Positions 29,612 to 39,265 are shown, counted from the stretch's first letter. The stretch is 64,000 bases of DNA from Candidatus Latescibacterota bacterium (GCA_965208835.1 OZ242358.1:4096001-4160000); one strand, 5' to 3'. Numbers and translations are program-made. The notes: generated by a model not told the origin, from the sequence alone.

Positions 29612-30570
29612 GAAATCTCCTTCGAACCCGCGCATCCCAACCTGGATCCGAAGCCGCCGCGACCATCATTGCCCCGGGTCAGGACCCGTCTGTACGCCTT
29701 GAGCCTCGCCCCGGCCTCCTTCCGGAATCCGGGCAACAAAAACAGACCTCCCCAGAGCAGCGTTCTCAAAACCATCTCCGGAAACGTCAGTAAAGCCAAC
29801 AGCCGGCCTGCATGATCTCCCAGGTGTTTTTTCATCACATAGAGATGACTCGCCACGCCCTCCACCAGCATCCGCTCCAGCACCTTCTTCGAACTCTCAC
29901 CACCCGCATGGAATGCGTAAGCCTCCGGCAGATAGGCCACGGACCACCCGGCCCTACCAAGCCTGAGGCAGAGGTCTACGTCTTCATAATACATAAAAAT
30001 AGCGTCGTCCATGCCGCCAACTGCACCGAAAGCGCTGCGACGCATAAGGAAACAGGCACCTGTCACCCAGCCGACCGAAGCCGGCCCACGCGAGACCCGG
30101 CAGCCGAATTTAAGAAATGGAAATACAAGATGCAACAGGAATTTACGGCAGATTTCGCCAGTCAGTCGAGGCGCCCTTCCGCAAGAAAGCTGCGCTCGGC
30201 CTTTCCGATCAACGAGTCGTGGTCCGACAACGCCGACACGGTCATTGGCTTCAAGATAGTCCAGCAGGCGTTCAACCGCATCCGGCGCCACGGTCACATC
30301 CGGATTCAGAACGAGAACATATGGAGCGGCGGATATTTCCACCCCCCGGTTGACGCCACGCCCGAACCCGAAGTTCCCTCCCATCTCAACCAGCCTCACG
30401 CCATCGGCAAAGGTGTCCAGCGCGTCAGGACTTCCATCCGACGATGCGTTGTCCACCACAACCACGTCCAGCTGCAGACGCCCCTCTATTCCCTTGAGGC
30501 ACGCGACGCATCGGAGGAGGTCGTCACCCGCGTTCCAGTTTACGATCACCGCCGTCACCGCCGGTTTCAT
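29608..30570 (-). CDS. Glycosyltransferase family 2
   Basis: VIVNWN, VDNASSDG, NFGFGRGVN, LNPD, FMYYEDVDLC. Confidence 0.93.
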   Translation of the reverse strand: MKPAVTAVIVNWNAGDDLLRCVACLKGIEGRLQLDVVVVDNASSDGSPDALDTFADGVRLVEMGGNFGFGRGVNRGVEISAAPYVLVLNPDVTVAPDAVERLLDYLEANDRVGVVGPRLVDRKGRAQLSCGRAPRLTGEICRKFLLHLVFPFLKFGCRVSRGPASVGWVTGACFLMRRSAFGAVGGMDDAIFMYYEDVDLCLRLGRAGWSVAYLPEAYAFHAGGESSKKVLERMLVEGVASHLYVMKKHLGDHAGRLLALLTFPEMVLRTLLWGGLFLLPGFRKEAGARLKAYRRVLTRGNDGRGGFGSRLGCAGSKEIS

Positions 30571-31969
30571 CCGCCTCTCCATCCAAACGGGCCAGAATGC
30601 CGAGAAAACACGCATGCCAGAAAATCAGCCGGTTCCCCATCATCGTATTGTCGGTCATAATATACACCAGCAGCGCCGCGTAGACCGCAAGAAACGCGAC
30701 GCAGAATCCTTTCAGCTGCGAATCGTCGGTACGGCGAAACAGGCCGTAGGCAATTCGCAGACCCCTGACAAACATCCAAAGGAAGGCGATTACGCCCAGA
30801 AATCCCATACGCATCATGATCGTGAGATAGGTATTGTCTACGCCTCCGGAGGTAAAGACGTAGGGACGGGAGTACTCGTCGACCCTCAGATAGGAAATCG
30901 TGGTTCCGTGTCCTCCACCCAGTACCGGCCTCTGCCAGATCTTCTCCAGGGCCAGAGCGTAGGCCAGCAGACGCCCCTGAATCTCCAGGTCGCCCTCAGC
31001 TACGGTGCGCCGCAACCGATGAGCCGCCATATCCTCGACGCCCGCGCCGGTGAACTGCTGGAAATAGTAGCCCAGGCCCAGCAGTAAAACGGGAATAAGC
31101 ATCAATATCAGAAGCCGTCGTCCTCTATGCCTCCCGCGGTCCAGCAGGACCAGACCGCCCACGCAGAAGAGTCCGAACAACAGACTTCCCCACATCGCGC
31201 GTCCCATCGTGACCACCAGCGCAAGACCGATGGGAACCAGAAGAAATCCGCCCAACATGCGCCGAACCGGCGACGTTTCGTACAGGAAGGCCGCCGCAAG
31301 GACCAGAACACCCATCGGCAGCAGCAGCCCCTCACGCCTGGCCACCCTGTGGAAGGCTCCGGCATACGAGAGATCGACCGTGCGTACGAATTCGATCAGG
31401 TACTCTACCCCCACGACGGCCGCTGAGATTACCAGCACGGCCAGAAACATCCCGCGCCTGCGGAGATCGAAAAACCCTGTTACGACGAAAAACAACACGT
31501 AGTAGAGCGGATACCGTACGTCCCTCATCACCTGCCGAACGTCCTGCCCGTAAAACAGACCCAGCCCGATCGATGCCATTACCAGACCAAGAAAAACCAG
31601 CATCGGACGGTCCAGCCGGGTGCGACGCCAGCCCAGCCTGCGTTCCTGCAACCAGGTGACAAACGCCACTCCCCACACCACCAGAAACAGCGCCTCGCAG
31701 AAGTGCAGGTTTCCGGGCAGCATCAGATGGTCTTCGTAAAACTCGGACGATATCACTGAGGCGATAAAGCACAGATACAAGAGCGCCGAGGTTACAGACG
31801 TAAAGAGGGCAATACCGGAAACCACGATCAGGCTCACCGTGATTACCGGAATGACCTCGCCGAAACGCCAGACGGGCAGCGATATCAGCGCGAGTTGCGC
31901 GAGGCATACGGCCGGGATCAGCCACCGTTCGTGCATCCCCGCGGTCAATCCGCCCGTTTCCGTCGCCAT
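30524..31969 (-). CDS. O-antigen ligase/polymerase (WaaL/Wzy-like)
   Basis: Polytopic; TMGRAMW, R..AY..RPVLGGGHG, DNTYL..MGFLG pattern. Confidence 0.85.
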   Translation of the reverse strand: MATETGGLTAGMHERWLIPAVCLAQLALISLPVWRFGEVIPVITVSLIVVSGIALFTSVTSALLYLCFIASVISSEFYEDHLMLPGNLHFCEALFLVVWGVAFVTWLQERRLGWRRTRLDRPMLVFLGLVMASIGLGLFYGQDVRQVMRDVRYPLYYVLFFVVTGFFDLRRRGMFLAVLVISAAVVGVEYLIEFVRTVDLSYAGAFHRVARREGLLLPMGVLVLAAAFLYETSPVRRMLGGFLLVPIGLALVVTMGRAMWGSLLFGLFCVGGLVLLDRGRHRGRRLLILMLIPVLLLGLGYYFQQFTGAGVEDMAAHRLRRTVAEGDLEIQGRLLAYALALEKIWQRPVLGGGHGTTISYLRVDEYSRPYVFTSGGVDNTYLTIMMRMGFLGVIAFLWMFVRGLRIAYGLFRRTDDSQLKGFCVAFLAVYAALLVYIMTDNTMMGNRLIFWHACFLGILARLDGEADETGGDGGDRKLERG

Positions 31970-32009
31970 CGGTCCCCTTCCCGCTCAGAAGCTTTTTGAA
32001 TACAGGATC

Positions 32010-33698
32010 TCAGAAAAAATTCAGGTCCAGTTTCATTCGCCATTCGTTCGTTCCTCCGTCCCCGCGTTTGCCGCCACGAATGGATACATTGCGCTCACGC
32101 GTCAGCCGATAGGTTGCGGAAAAAACGAGGTCGGAGCACGGCTCGAAAACCAGGTCCGCGCCAATTTGCGTCCGCCTTTCCACCGTGCCGCTCAGGAATT
32201 CCCGAATCGCAGGATCCTCCGGCCGCCGTCCCCGCCGCGCATCTCCTCCGACATTCGTCAGCGTACCGTCAGATCTATCGATATTCTCTCCCAGACGCGT
32301 CCTTTCGAAGCCAAGGGCCGCAGAAACCGAGGGAGAGAGCCGGTGCGTCAGCCTGGCCCAGACCCGGTCCGAATTCGGTCCGGTCGGATAACCCAGGAGC
32401 GCGTCGAAATGCGTAAACGCGTTTATATTGAACCTGTGAGAGTACACAAACGGTTCGATGTGCACGAACTCGGCTCGAAAATCCGTATCCGGCAACCCGA
32501 ACGCATCCACCCAGAACACGCCCGCCTGTGCCGCGAGCTTGTTTGAGAAGTCGCCAGGGCTGAACTTCCTCAAGTCATCCATAAATAACGCGAGATAGGT
32601 CTGTATCCGTTTGACCGGCCGAAGAGAAATATCCAGCCCCACAGCCAGGTTGTCCTTGTCCCCCACCGCCATCTGAGCAGCGGTGAGTACCGAAGCGGGA
32701 GATGCATAAAGAAACTCGAAATCACGGTCTCCGTATATCACCGCCTCCTGGAATCCCAGACGTACGCGCGGAGAAACATCGACCTCCACCCGGTGGGCGG
32801 CAATCGCCTTGGAACGAAGAAACGTGCGGCGGTGACCGTTGTCAAAACCCGTGCGGGACGGGTCCACAAGACCCGAATCGGCTTCCAGGAACCCGAGGAT
32901 GTGGATGAAACGCACCCGCCTGTACGCCGTCCGGAACCGAGCCATCCCGAACGTCGGCGCGAAAGGCGCCAGCAGCAGGTTGCCGCTCCTGCCCGGGCCC
33001 CAGTCCAGGCTGCCCTTTGCGGCATCCGCGTCGAACCAGCGCGTCGCCCACACCAGCTGATAGGTGGCTTCGCGAAAGTCCACCGCCTTTCCCTTGAATT
33101 GAACCAGTTCGATCGGCCGCGCCAGTACGTCCGCCCGGGTCAGGCGGGGCAGGGTACTCCACTCCCTGGCTTCGAAGTGCCGCGCGCGAAAACCGAGACG
33201 GTCTCCAAGCGTGCCGCGGACAATCGCGCCGATATGCGTTTGCGAAACCGTTTCCTTCTCTCTGACCTCGCCCCGAACCAGAATCAGTTGCTGGCGGAAG
33301 AGCGCTTCGACTGCGACAGATGCAGACGTATCCCGCCGTGAAAAGAGTGCGCCCGCCAGCCGCTCGAGCGCGCCGGTACCGGCTTCGGGCGCGGCATAGC
33401 CCAACCGCGCGGCCTCCGTGCGAAAAGAGGCCAGATGTCTCTGGAGTATCCCCCGCTCTGTGCCGGACATGGCGGCCTTCGCATCGCGATTCCGCAGGAC
33501 GTGAATCAATAGCCCGGCGACTTTCAGACGTGTGTATGGCCTGGTCTGCGACGCGGCCGAGTCCAGCCAGCCATGGGCATCGTACCGGTCCAGTGTCCGA
33601 TAGACCCTATGGGTAAGCGGGACGTCCGGAGTATTGTCGCCCGCGTGGACAATCCCGCACAGGGAAAGAACAGCCAGCATGAGGAATGCGGATCTCAC
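32010..33698 (-). CDS. Capsule-assembly Wzi-like outer-membrane protein
   Basis: Signal peptide; RPYTR, WGPGRSGNLLL, AAHRVE, EAVIYG, DKDN, LGYPTGPNSD; C-terminal Phe. Confidence 0.8.
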   Translation of the reverse strand: MRSAFLMLAVLSLCGIVHAGDNTPDVPLTHRVYRTLDRYDAHGWLDSAASQTRPYTRLKVAGLLIHVLRNRDAKAAMSGTERGILQRHLASFRTEAARLGYAAPEAGTGALERLAGALFSRRDTSASVAVEALFRQQLILVRGEVREKETVSQTHIGAIVRGTLGDRLGFRARHFEAREWSTLPRLTRADVLARPIELVQFKGKAVDFREATYQLVWATRWFDADAAKGSLDWGPGRSGNLLLAPFAPTFGMARFRTAYRRVRFIHILGFLEADSGLVDPSRTGFDNGHRRTFLRSKAIAAHRVEVDVSPRVRLGFQEAVIYGDRDFEFLYASPASVLTAAQMAVGDKDNLAVGLDISLRPVKRIQTYLALFMDDLRKFSPGDFSNKLAAQAGVFWVDAFGLPDTDFRAEFVHIEPFVYSHRFNINAFTHFDALLGYPTGPNSDRVWARLTHRLSPSVSAALGFERTRLGENIDRSDGTLTNVGGDARRGRRPEDPAIREFLSGTVERRTQIGADLVFEPCSDLVFSATYRLTRERNVSIRGGKRGDGGTNEWRMKLDLNFF

Positions 33699-33856
33699 GA
33701 CGCCTTTTCCGGAGGAAACGGGACTCCGTGGAAAACTGACTTTCCGGTACCGTCACGACGGCCTCGGCCATGCCTGCAGACACGCCGTCCGAAGTGCCCG
33801 AACTGAAGAATAAACACCAGCTTCCCGATTCTCCAGGCCGGACGACAGTCCGCCCA

Positions 33857-33884
33857 ATTATACCATAACCCCGCGAATTGTCAA
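33857..33884 (-). promoter_or_regulatory. Sigma-70 promoter of the glycan operon
   Basis: Minus strand reads TTGACA-N16-TATAAT with a TGn extension. Confidence 0.75.
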
Positions 33885-33932
33885 GCGAACGGCCTCCGAA
33901 GTTCAAGCGGCTGTACTTTCCCCCGAAATCCC

Positions 33933-33961
33933 TTGACTTTGCATGGTCAACCTGCTATTAT
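33933..33961 (+). promoter_or_regulatory. Sigma-70 promoter of the BMC operon
   Basis: TTGACT-N17-TATTAT with TGn; overlaps the inverted repeat TTGAC-N8-GTCAA. Confidence 0.7.
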
Positions 33962-34089
33962 TCGCATCCTGAATTCGGATTCACACCTGATTTCGGTCCA
34001 GCAAACGCCCAATTCGCATCCTGTTCCGGAAACGAGGCGCCGTTCGGCTGTCCGCGTCGGGGCAGAACACGTATGGGCGCCGCGTCCCG

Positions 34090-34806
34090 ATGGTACAGAC
34101 ATTCAAACCTGCTTCTGAATGCGCGGACTGCAAGCTTTGCGAACGAGGGCGGACGGTCGCGCCCGGCAATGGGTCGCCGGATATCGCCCGCGTCGTCCGG
34201 GAAGTCGTCGGGAGGATTCGGAGCGGAAAAGACGGCCTCATCGAAGTTCCGGTGGGTGTCTCCGCAAGGCACTGTCACCTGAACCGTGAAGCCATGGATA
34301 TTCTCTTCGGGGCGGGGTCGGAACTCACGCCTTACAGAGAGCTCTTTCAGCCCGGCGCGTATGCGGCGGAAGAATGCGTCTCCGTGATCGGGCCCCGGCT
34401 GCGCGCCATCGAGCGCGTGCGGATTCTGGGACCCGCCCGGGACTATAACCAGGTCGAATTGGCCCGTACGGACGCCATCTTTCTAGGTCTCGATCCCCCA
34501 GTGCGGGACTCGGGCGACCTGCAGGGCGCCCAGCGGGTCACTTTTGTGGGCCCGAAGGGGTCCCTTACCGTGCCCGCCGCCATCCGCGCCGTGCGGCACC
34601 TACATCTCCGACCCATGGACGTTGCGGATATGGGGCTCGCCGGGCGCAGCGCCGTTCGCGCTCACATCGGCGGCGACAAGGGACTCACCTTTGAGAATGT
34701 CAGGCTGAAAATCGATCCCGACTATCTGCCCGAACTTCATCTGGACACCGACGACGCCAACGCGGCCGACCTAGTTTGCGGAGGCAAGGCATTCGTCGAA
34801 TCCTGA
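34090..34806 (+). CDS. pduL: Phosphate propanoyltransferase with N-terminal encapsulation peptide
   Basis: VGVSARHCHL, QPGAYA, VRILGPAR, QVELARTD, RDSGDL, RHLH, LHLDTDDANA; amphipathic helix DIARVVREVVGRI. Confidence 0.95.
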   Translation: MVQTFKPASECADCKLCERGRTVAPGNGSPDIARVVREVVGRIRSGKDGLIEVPVGVSARHCHLNREAMDILFGAGSELTPYRELFQPGAYAAEECVSVIGPRLRAIERVRILGPARDYNQVELARTDAIFLGLDPPVRDSGDLQGAQRVTFVGPKGSLTVPAAIRAVRHLHLRPMDVADMGLAGRSAVRAHIGGDKGLTFENVRLKIDPDYLPELHLDTDDANAADLVCGGKAFVES

Positions 34807-34835
34807 GAAGCCGCTTTCCGGGGGTCCGGGCAAAG

Positions 34836-34934
34836 CAGCCCGTTGAAAAAGTCCATCCGGGCTACGGCCGGCCCTTGCGGTCGAAATACTGCGTTGCGCG
34901 CCCTCGCCTGCAGAGCGACTTTATCAACGGACTG
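34836..34934 (+). mobile_element. MITE-like repeat family B, copy 3 (internally deleted)
   Basis: Both TIRs present; the central ~47 nt are missing. Confidence 0.8.
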
Positions 34935-34942
34935 ATAACTCA

Positions 34943-36400
34943 TTGGCGTCTTTGTGGACTAAAAAGGCTATCAGAGCTGTACCGAATCGTCTGACCAGCG
35001 CGCGAATCTTCATCCTGGTGGTGTTGCTGACGCCTCCGGCTGTCGCATGTTATCACCGGGTGCAGATGGACGATCCCTATATCACGTACCGCTATGCGCG
35101 AAACCTCGCTGAAGGACGAGGCTTTGTCTATAACGAAGGCGAACGGGTGCTCGGTACCACGGCGCCGCTTTACGCTGTGCTCCTCTCGGTTCCCGGCCGG
35201 ATCGCCGGAAATTTTCCGCTGATCAGCACCCTTTTCAGCGGCGCGGTGCTGGGAGCGCTTGGATGGCTGATTGCGCGCATCCTGGCAGACTTCAATGAAA
35301 ACAGGGGCGGTTTCGTTGCCGCGTTTCTCGTGGTTCTGAATCCGTATCTTGGCGACGTACTGGGATTTGAACTGATTCTGTTCCAGGCGCTGATATTCGG
35401 CGCCTACGCGGCCTATTTTTCGGACCGCCCGAATCTCGCGGCTGTGCTGCTGGCGCTTGGCACGCTTACCCGCGGTGACGGGCTCGTACCAGCGGGACTG
35501 ATCCTGGGCCACTACCTGTGGATTCACAGGGGAGAGGCCTGGCGGCCGCTCCTTGTCTTCGCCGTTATTGTCGGCGGGTGGTCGATCTACGCGGCGTGGA
35601 CCTTCGGTTCGCCCTTTCCCAATACGCTCGAGGCAAAGCGGGCGATGGGCGCGAGCGGGCTCTGGCGGTCGTTATGGCACGGCGTCCTCTACACCGGCTG
35701 GCGTTACCTTGAGTCGTCGCCTTTTTTCGTCTGGTTTGCGCTGCCGGCGCTCCTTGGCGTCATCAGGATATTTCGTCTGGACAGGCGCATTCTGCTCATC
35801 GCGAGCTGGCCGTTACTCATCTTTCTCGGGTACTGGGCGATGGGCGTGCCGGCGGCCTATAACTATTATGCCGGACTGGTACCGCTCCTGATGATCCTGA
35901 CCGCTCTGGGCACGGCCTCGCTGGCCGGCCGGCTCGCGCGCGAGTGGTCCGGCTGGCGGCGCCATGAAATCCGGATATGCGCGCTGCTGTGTATCCCGCT
36001 GCTGATTGCCGTACTGACCCCAACCGTCAATCTTTTGGGCCGGGAGCCCCAACCGCGTTACCGCATCTACAGGACGGCCGGTGAGTGGCTCGCAGAAAAT
36101 ACACCGGCGAATGCTACCGTCGGAATGGTCGAAATTGGCATCGTGGGCTTTTACAGCGACCGCTATATTGTGGACGTCTGCGGTCTGATCACCCCCACGG
36201 TCGGACCCCACATAGCGGCCGGCGACGTTTCCTGGCCCATTCGGACGTACAGGCCGGATTTCATGCTCTTGCACGATCCGCTCTGGGCTTCTCTCGAAAG
36301 CCCGATCGCGTCCGCACCGTGGTTCCGGGAATCCTACGAATGTATCAGGACCTTCGACGGCCCACGTCCCTACAGGCTGGTCGTCTACAGGAAAAAATAG
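34943..36400 (+). CDS. GT-C-fold membrane glycosyltransferase-like protein
   Basis: DDPYITYRYARNL..G.GFVYN.GERV.GTTAPL, TRGDG, PNTLEAK, EIGIVGFYS..D..GL. Start uncertain. Confidence 0.78.
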   Translation: MASLWTKKAIRAVPNRLTSARIFILVVLLTPPAVACYHRVQMDDPYITYRYARNLAEGRGFVYNEGERVLGTTAPLYAVLLSVPGRIAGNFPLISTLFSGAVLGALGWLIARILADFNENRGGFVAAFLVVLNPYLGDVLGFELILFQALIFGAYAAYFSDRPNLAAVLLALGTLTRGDGLVPAGLILGHYLWIHRGEAWRPLLVFAVIVGGWSIYAAWTFGSPFPNTLEAKRAMGASGLWRSLWHGVLYTGWRYLESSPFFVWFALPALLGVIRIFRLDRRILLIASWPLLIFLGYWAMGVPAAYNYYAGLVPLLMILTALGTASLAGRLAREWSGWRRHEIRICALLCIPLLIAVLTPTVNLLGREPQPRYRIYRTAGEWLAENTPANATVGMVEIGIVGFYSDRYIVDVCGLITPTVGPHIAAGDVSWPIRTYRPDFMLLHDPLWASLESPIASAPWFRESYECIRTFDGPRPYRLVVYRKK

Positions 36401-36457
36401 GTGGGCGCTATACCCGCCTGGATTGGGTCGAACACTCTCAACAGGAGGAATCGCGAC

Positions 36458-36739
36458 ATGGGTGAAGCCCTTGGCTTGATCGAAACCAAAGGTCTGGTGG
36501 CGATGATTGAAGCGACCGACGCCATGGTGAAAGCGGCCAACGTAAAGCTAGTAAACTGGGAAAAAATCGGCGCCGGCTACGTGACTGCCGTTGTCCGGGG
36601 CGACGTGGCCGCCGTTAAAGCCGCTACCGAGGCTGGCGCCGCCGCCGCCGGCAAGATTGGCGAGCTGGTTTCCGTGCATGTGATTCCGCGGCCCCATGGC
36701 AGCCTCGAAGATGTGCTGCCCATTGGAAAATCGTCCTGA
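36458..36739 (+). CDS. BMC-H hexameric shell protein (EutM/PduA-like)
   Basis: [36 protein letters not shown]; SD AGGAGG. Confidence 0.97.
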   Translation: MGEALGLIETKGLVAMIEATDAMVKAANVKLVNWEKIGAGYVTAVVRGDVAAVKAATEAGAAAAGKIGELVSVHVIPRPHGSLEDVLPIGKSS

Positions 36740-36940
36740 GAAGCTGTTAAAAAACTCCCAGCGGTCTTCGCGCGGCTGCAAAAGCGCCGGCCGGCGTTGT
36801 GCAAAGCCACCCGTCTTACGAGGTCGAGGCTGCGTTTGCTCGCATCTCATAGCCGGCTTCACCCGTCGGTGCTGCGCGCCTCATAGCCGCCACTTTTTCG
36901 CTCGCGCTCGGGAACTCACCGGTGTCTTCTAAACAGCTTC
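36740..36940 (+). mobile_element. MITE-like repeat family C, copy 2 (TGA duplication)
   Basis: Flanked by TGA on both sides; the left TGA is the BMC-H stop codon. Confidence 0.85.
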
Positions 36941-36960
36941 TGAAACGCTGAGCGTCTACA

Positions 36961-37257
36961 ATGATACTGTGTAAAGTGGTGGGGACGGTTGTCGCCACCC
37001 AGAAAGACAAGGGGCTCGAGGGGTTCAAACTCCAGGTCGTTCAGACCCTGGACATTCAGACCCTGAAGCCGGGAAGCCGTTTCCTGGTCGCCGTCGACGC
37101 CGTCGGCGCCGGTACCAATGAAGTCGTCCTGTGTACAAGCGGAAGTTCCGCGCGTATGACCGGCTCGACCGAAGACCGTCCGGTCGACGCGGTCGTCGTC
37201 GCCATCGTCGATTCTGTCGAGATGGAGGGCGAATCGACCTACCGGAAACACCCATAA
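36961..37257 (+). CDS. BMC-P pentamer (EutN/CcmL family) 1
   Basis: KVVGTVVATQK..VAVDAVGAG..GSSAR..PVDAVVVAIVD. Confidence 0.96.
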   Translation: MILCKVVGTVVATQKDKGLEGFKLQVVQTLDIQTLKPGSRFLVAVDAVGAGTNEVVLCTSGSSARMTGSTEDRPVDAVVVAIVDSVEMEGESTYRKHP

Positions 37258-37506
37258 ATGAACCTTGACACATAATTGTTCACGGACCTGAATGTCGAAT
37301 AAATACAGAAGAGCGAAGATGAATGGACGTCGAAATTTCAGGATGCCTGGTGAGACGTAAGACGTAAGACGGTAGAGATTACCTGCCCGGTGAGAATTCC
37401 TTTTATGCCAAAGGCTCAGGAGGAAAACATACCTGGCGGGTGCTTCTTCTCCCGTCTCACCTCTACCTTCTCCCCGCATTCAGGCTTTTTGTGGTCAATT
37501 TGACTG

Positions 37507-38943
37507 ATGAACTTCAGCGAAGCACAAATCAGATCCGTCGTTGAGGAAGTCGTCCGAACCCTCGCGCCGGAAGGGCAGGCTCCCGCGGTCGTCTCGCCTC
37601 CCGTCCGGACGCCCGGAAACGGGGACGATGGCATATTCGAACGTCTGGACAGTGCGATCGAAGCGTCTGCTCGTGCCCAGCGCGAACTGGAGGCCCTGTC
37701 GCTGGAGGCCAGGCGCGGAATTATCGAGGCCATTCGAAATGCGGCGCTGGACCATGCCAAGGGCCTCGCGCAGATGACCATCGACGAGACCGGAATGGGC
37801 AGAATTGCCCACAAGATCCGGAAGTTCGACGTGGTTGCCCGTCTCACCCCCGGCGTCGAGGACCTGGAACCGGTGGCCTGGACCGGAGACCGAGGACTGA
37901 CCGTCGTGGAACTGGCGCCCTTCGGCGTCGTTGCCGCCGTCACACCCTCCACACATCCGGTTCCCACGACCGTGAACAACGCCATCAGCCTGATCTCCGC
38001 GGGAAACAGTGCAGTAATTGCGCCTCATCCTGCCGCGAAAAAGGTCTCCCAGCTGGGCATTCAAATCCTCAACCGGGCGATTGTCGACGCGGGAGGACCT
38101 CCAAACCTGTTGACCGCTGTCCATGACCCCAGTATTCAGACCGCCCAGGAACTCTTCGTACATCCGAAGATCGACCTGGTGCTGGTGACTGGCGGGGGTG
38201 GCGTGGTCAAGGCCGCAATGCAGGCGCCGAAGAGAGTCATCGCCGCGGGTCCCGGGAATCCCCCGGTGGTGGTCGACGAAACCGCTGACCTTGACACGGC
38301 GGCGGCGGGCATCGTGGAAGGCGGCGCATTCGACAACAATATCCTCTGCATCGGCGAAAAGGAAATCTTCGTCGTCGAATCCGTCGCCGACGAACTCAAG
38401 CGTTCACTCCTTTCAAGGGGATGCGTGGAACTGGACCGCGGCCAGATCGACAGCCTGACCGGGTGCGCATTCACCGCAGATGATGGCGGCGAACATATCG
38501 TCAACCGGGAATTCGTGGGACGAAACCCGCACGTCCTCGCCGAGAGCATTGGCCTGAACGTACCGCCCGAAACCGAGTTGCTGATCGGCGAGGTTGAAGC
38601 CCGGCATCCCTTCACGCAGAACGAACAGATGATGCCGTTCATCCCAATTGTCCGGGTTCCCGACGTCAACACCGGGATCGAAAGGGCCGTGGAGGCCGAA
38701 CACGGCTATCACCACACAGCGGTGATGCACTCAAAGAACGTCGAAAACATGACCAACATGGCGAGGGCCTGCCGCTGCAGTCTCTTTATCAAGAATGGTC
38801 CGTCCACCGCCGGCGTGGGGGCCGGCGGCGAAGGATACACCTCATTTTCCATCGCAACGCCCACCGGCGAGGGCTGCACGTCGGCCAGAACCTTCACGCG
38901 CCAGCGACGCTGCACGCTGGTCGACTATTTCAGAATCGTCTGA
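37507..38943 (+). CDS. Acylating aldehyde dehydrogenase (EutE/PduP family) with N-terminal encapsulation peptide
   Basis: GDRGLT, TPSTHP, AGPGNPP, catalytic DNNILCIGEKE, TPTGEG..FTRQRRC; N-terminus SEAQIRSVVEEVVRTL. Confidence 0.96.
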   Translation: MNFSEAQIRSVVEEVVRTLAPEGQAPAVVSPPVRTPGNGDDGIFERLDSAIEASARAQRELEALSLEARRGIIEAIRNAALDHAKGLAQMTIDETGMGRIAHKIRKFDVVARLTPGVEDLEPVAWTGDRGLTVVELAPFGVVAAVTPSTHPVPTTVNNAISLISAGNSAVIAPHPAAKKVSQLGIQILNRAIVDAGGPPNLLTAVHDPSIQTAQELFVHPKIDLVLVTGGGGVVKAAMQAPKRVIAAGPGNPPVVVDETADLDTAAAGIVEGGAFDNNILCIGEKEIFVVESVADELKRSLLSRGCVELDRGQIDSLTGCAFTADDGGEHIVNREFVGRNPHVLAESIGLNVPPETELLIGEVEARHPFTQNEQMMPFIPIVRVPDVNTGIERAVEAEHGYHHTAVMHSKNVENMTNMARACRCSLFIKNGPSTAGVGAGGEGYTSFSIATPTGEGCTSARTFTRQRRCTLVDYFRIV

Positions 38944-38992
38944 AATCCGGCGAGGACCATTCCCGGTTTCCACTTTCAACGCCCAGGTGCCC

Positions 38993-39265
38993 ATGCAACT
39001 CGGCCGCGTCTCAGGAAAAATCATAGCCACAAGGAAAGACCCTTCGCTCACCGGCATCCGGATGCTCGTAATCCAACCTTTGGACCACCGCCGAAACGAT
39101 TTCGGAGATGCGATCGTGGCTGTCGACGTCGTTAGCGCGGGACAGGGCGAGACCGTCTACTGGGTCAGCGCGAGGGAAGCGCCCAATGCCCTGCCCGGGA
39201 AATACGGGCCGGTGGACGCCGCCATCGTCGGCATCGCCGACCGGATCGATATCCGGAACGAATAA
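38993..39265 (+). CDS. BMC-P pentamer 2
   Basis: MQLGRVSGKIIATRK..VAVDVVSAGQGE..PVDAAIVGIAD. Confidence 0.95.
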   Translation: MQLGRVSGKIIATRKDPSLTGIRMLVIQPLDHRRNDFGDAIVAVDVVSAGQGETVYWVSAREAPNALPGKYGPVDAAIVGIADRIDIRNE

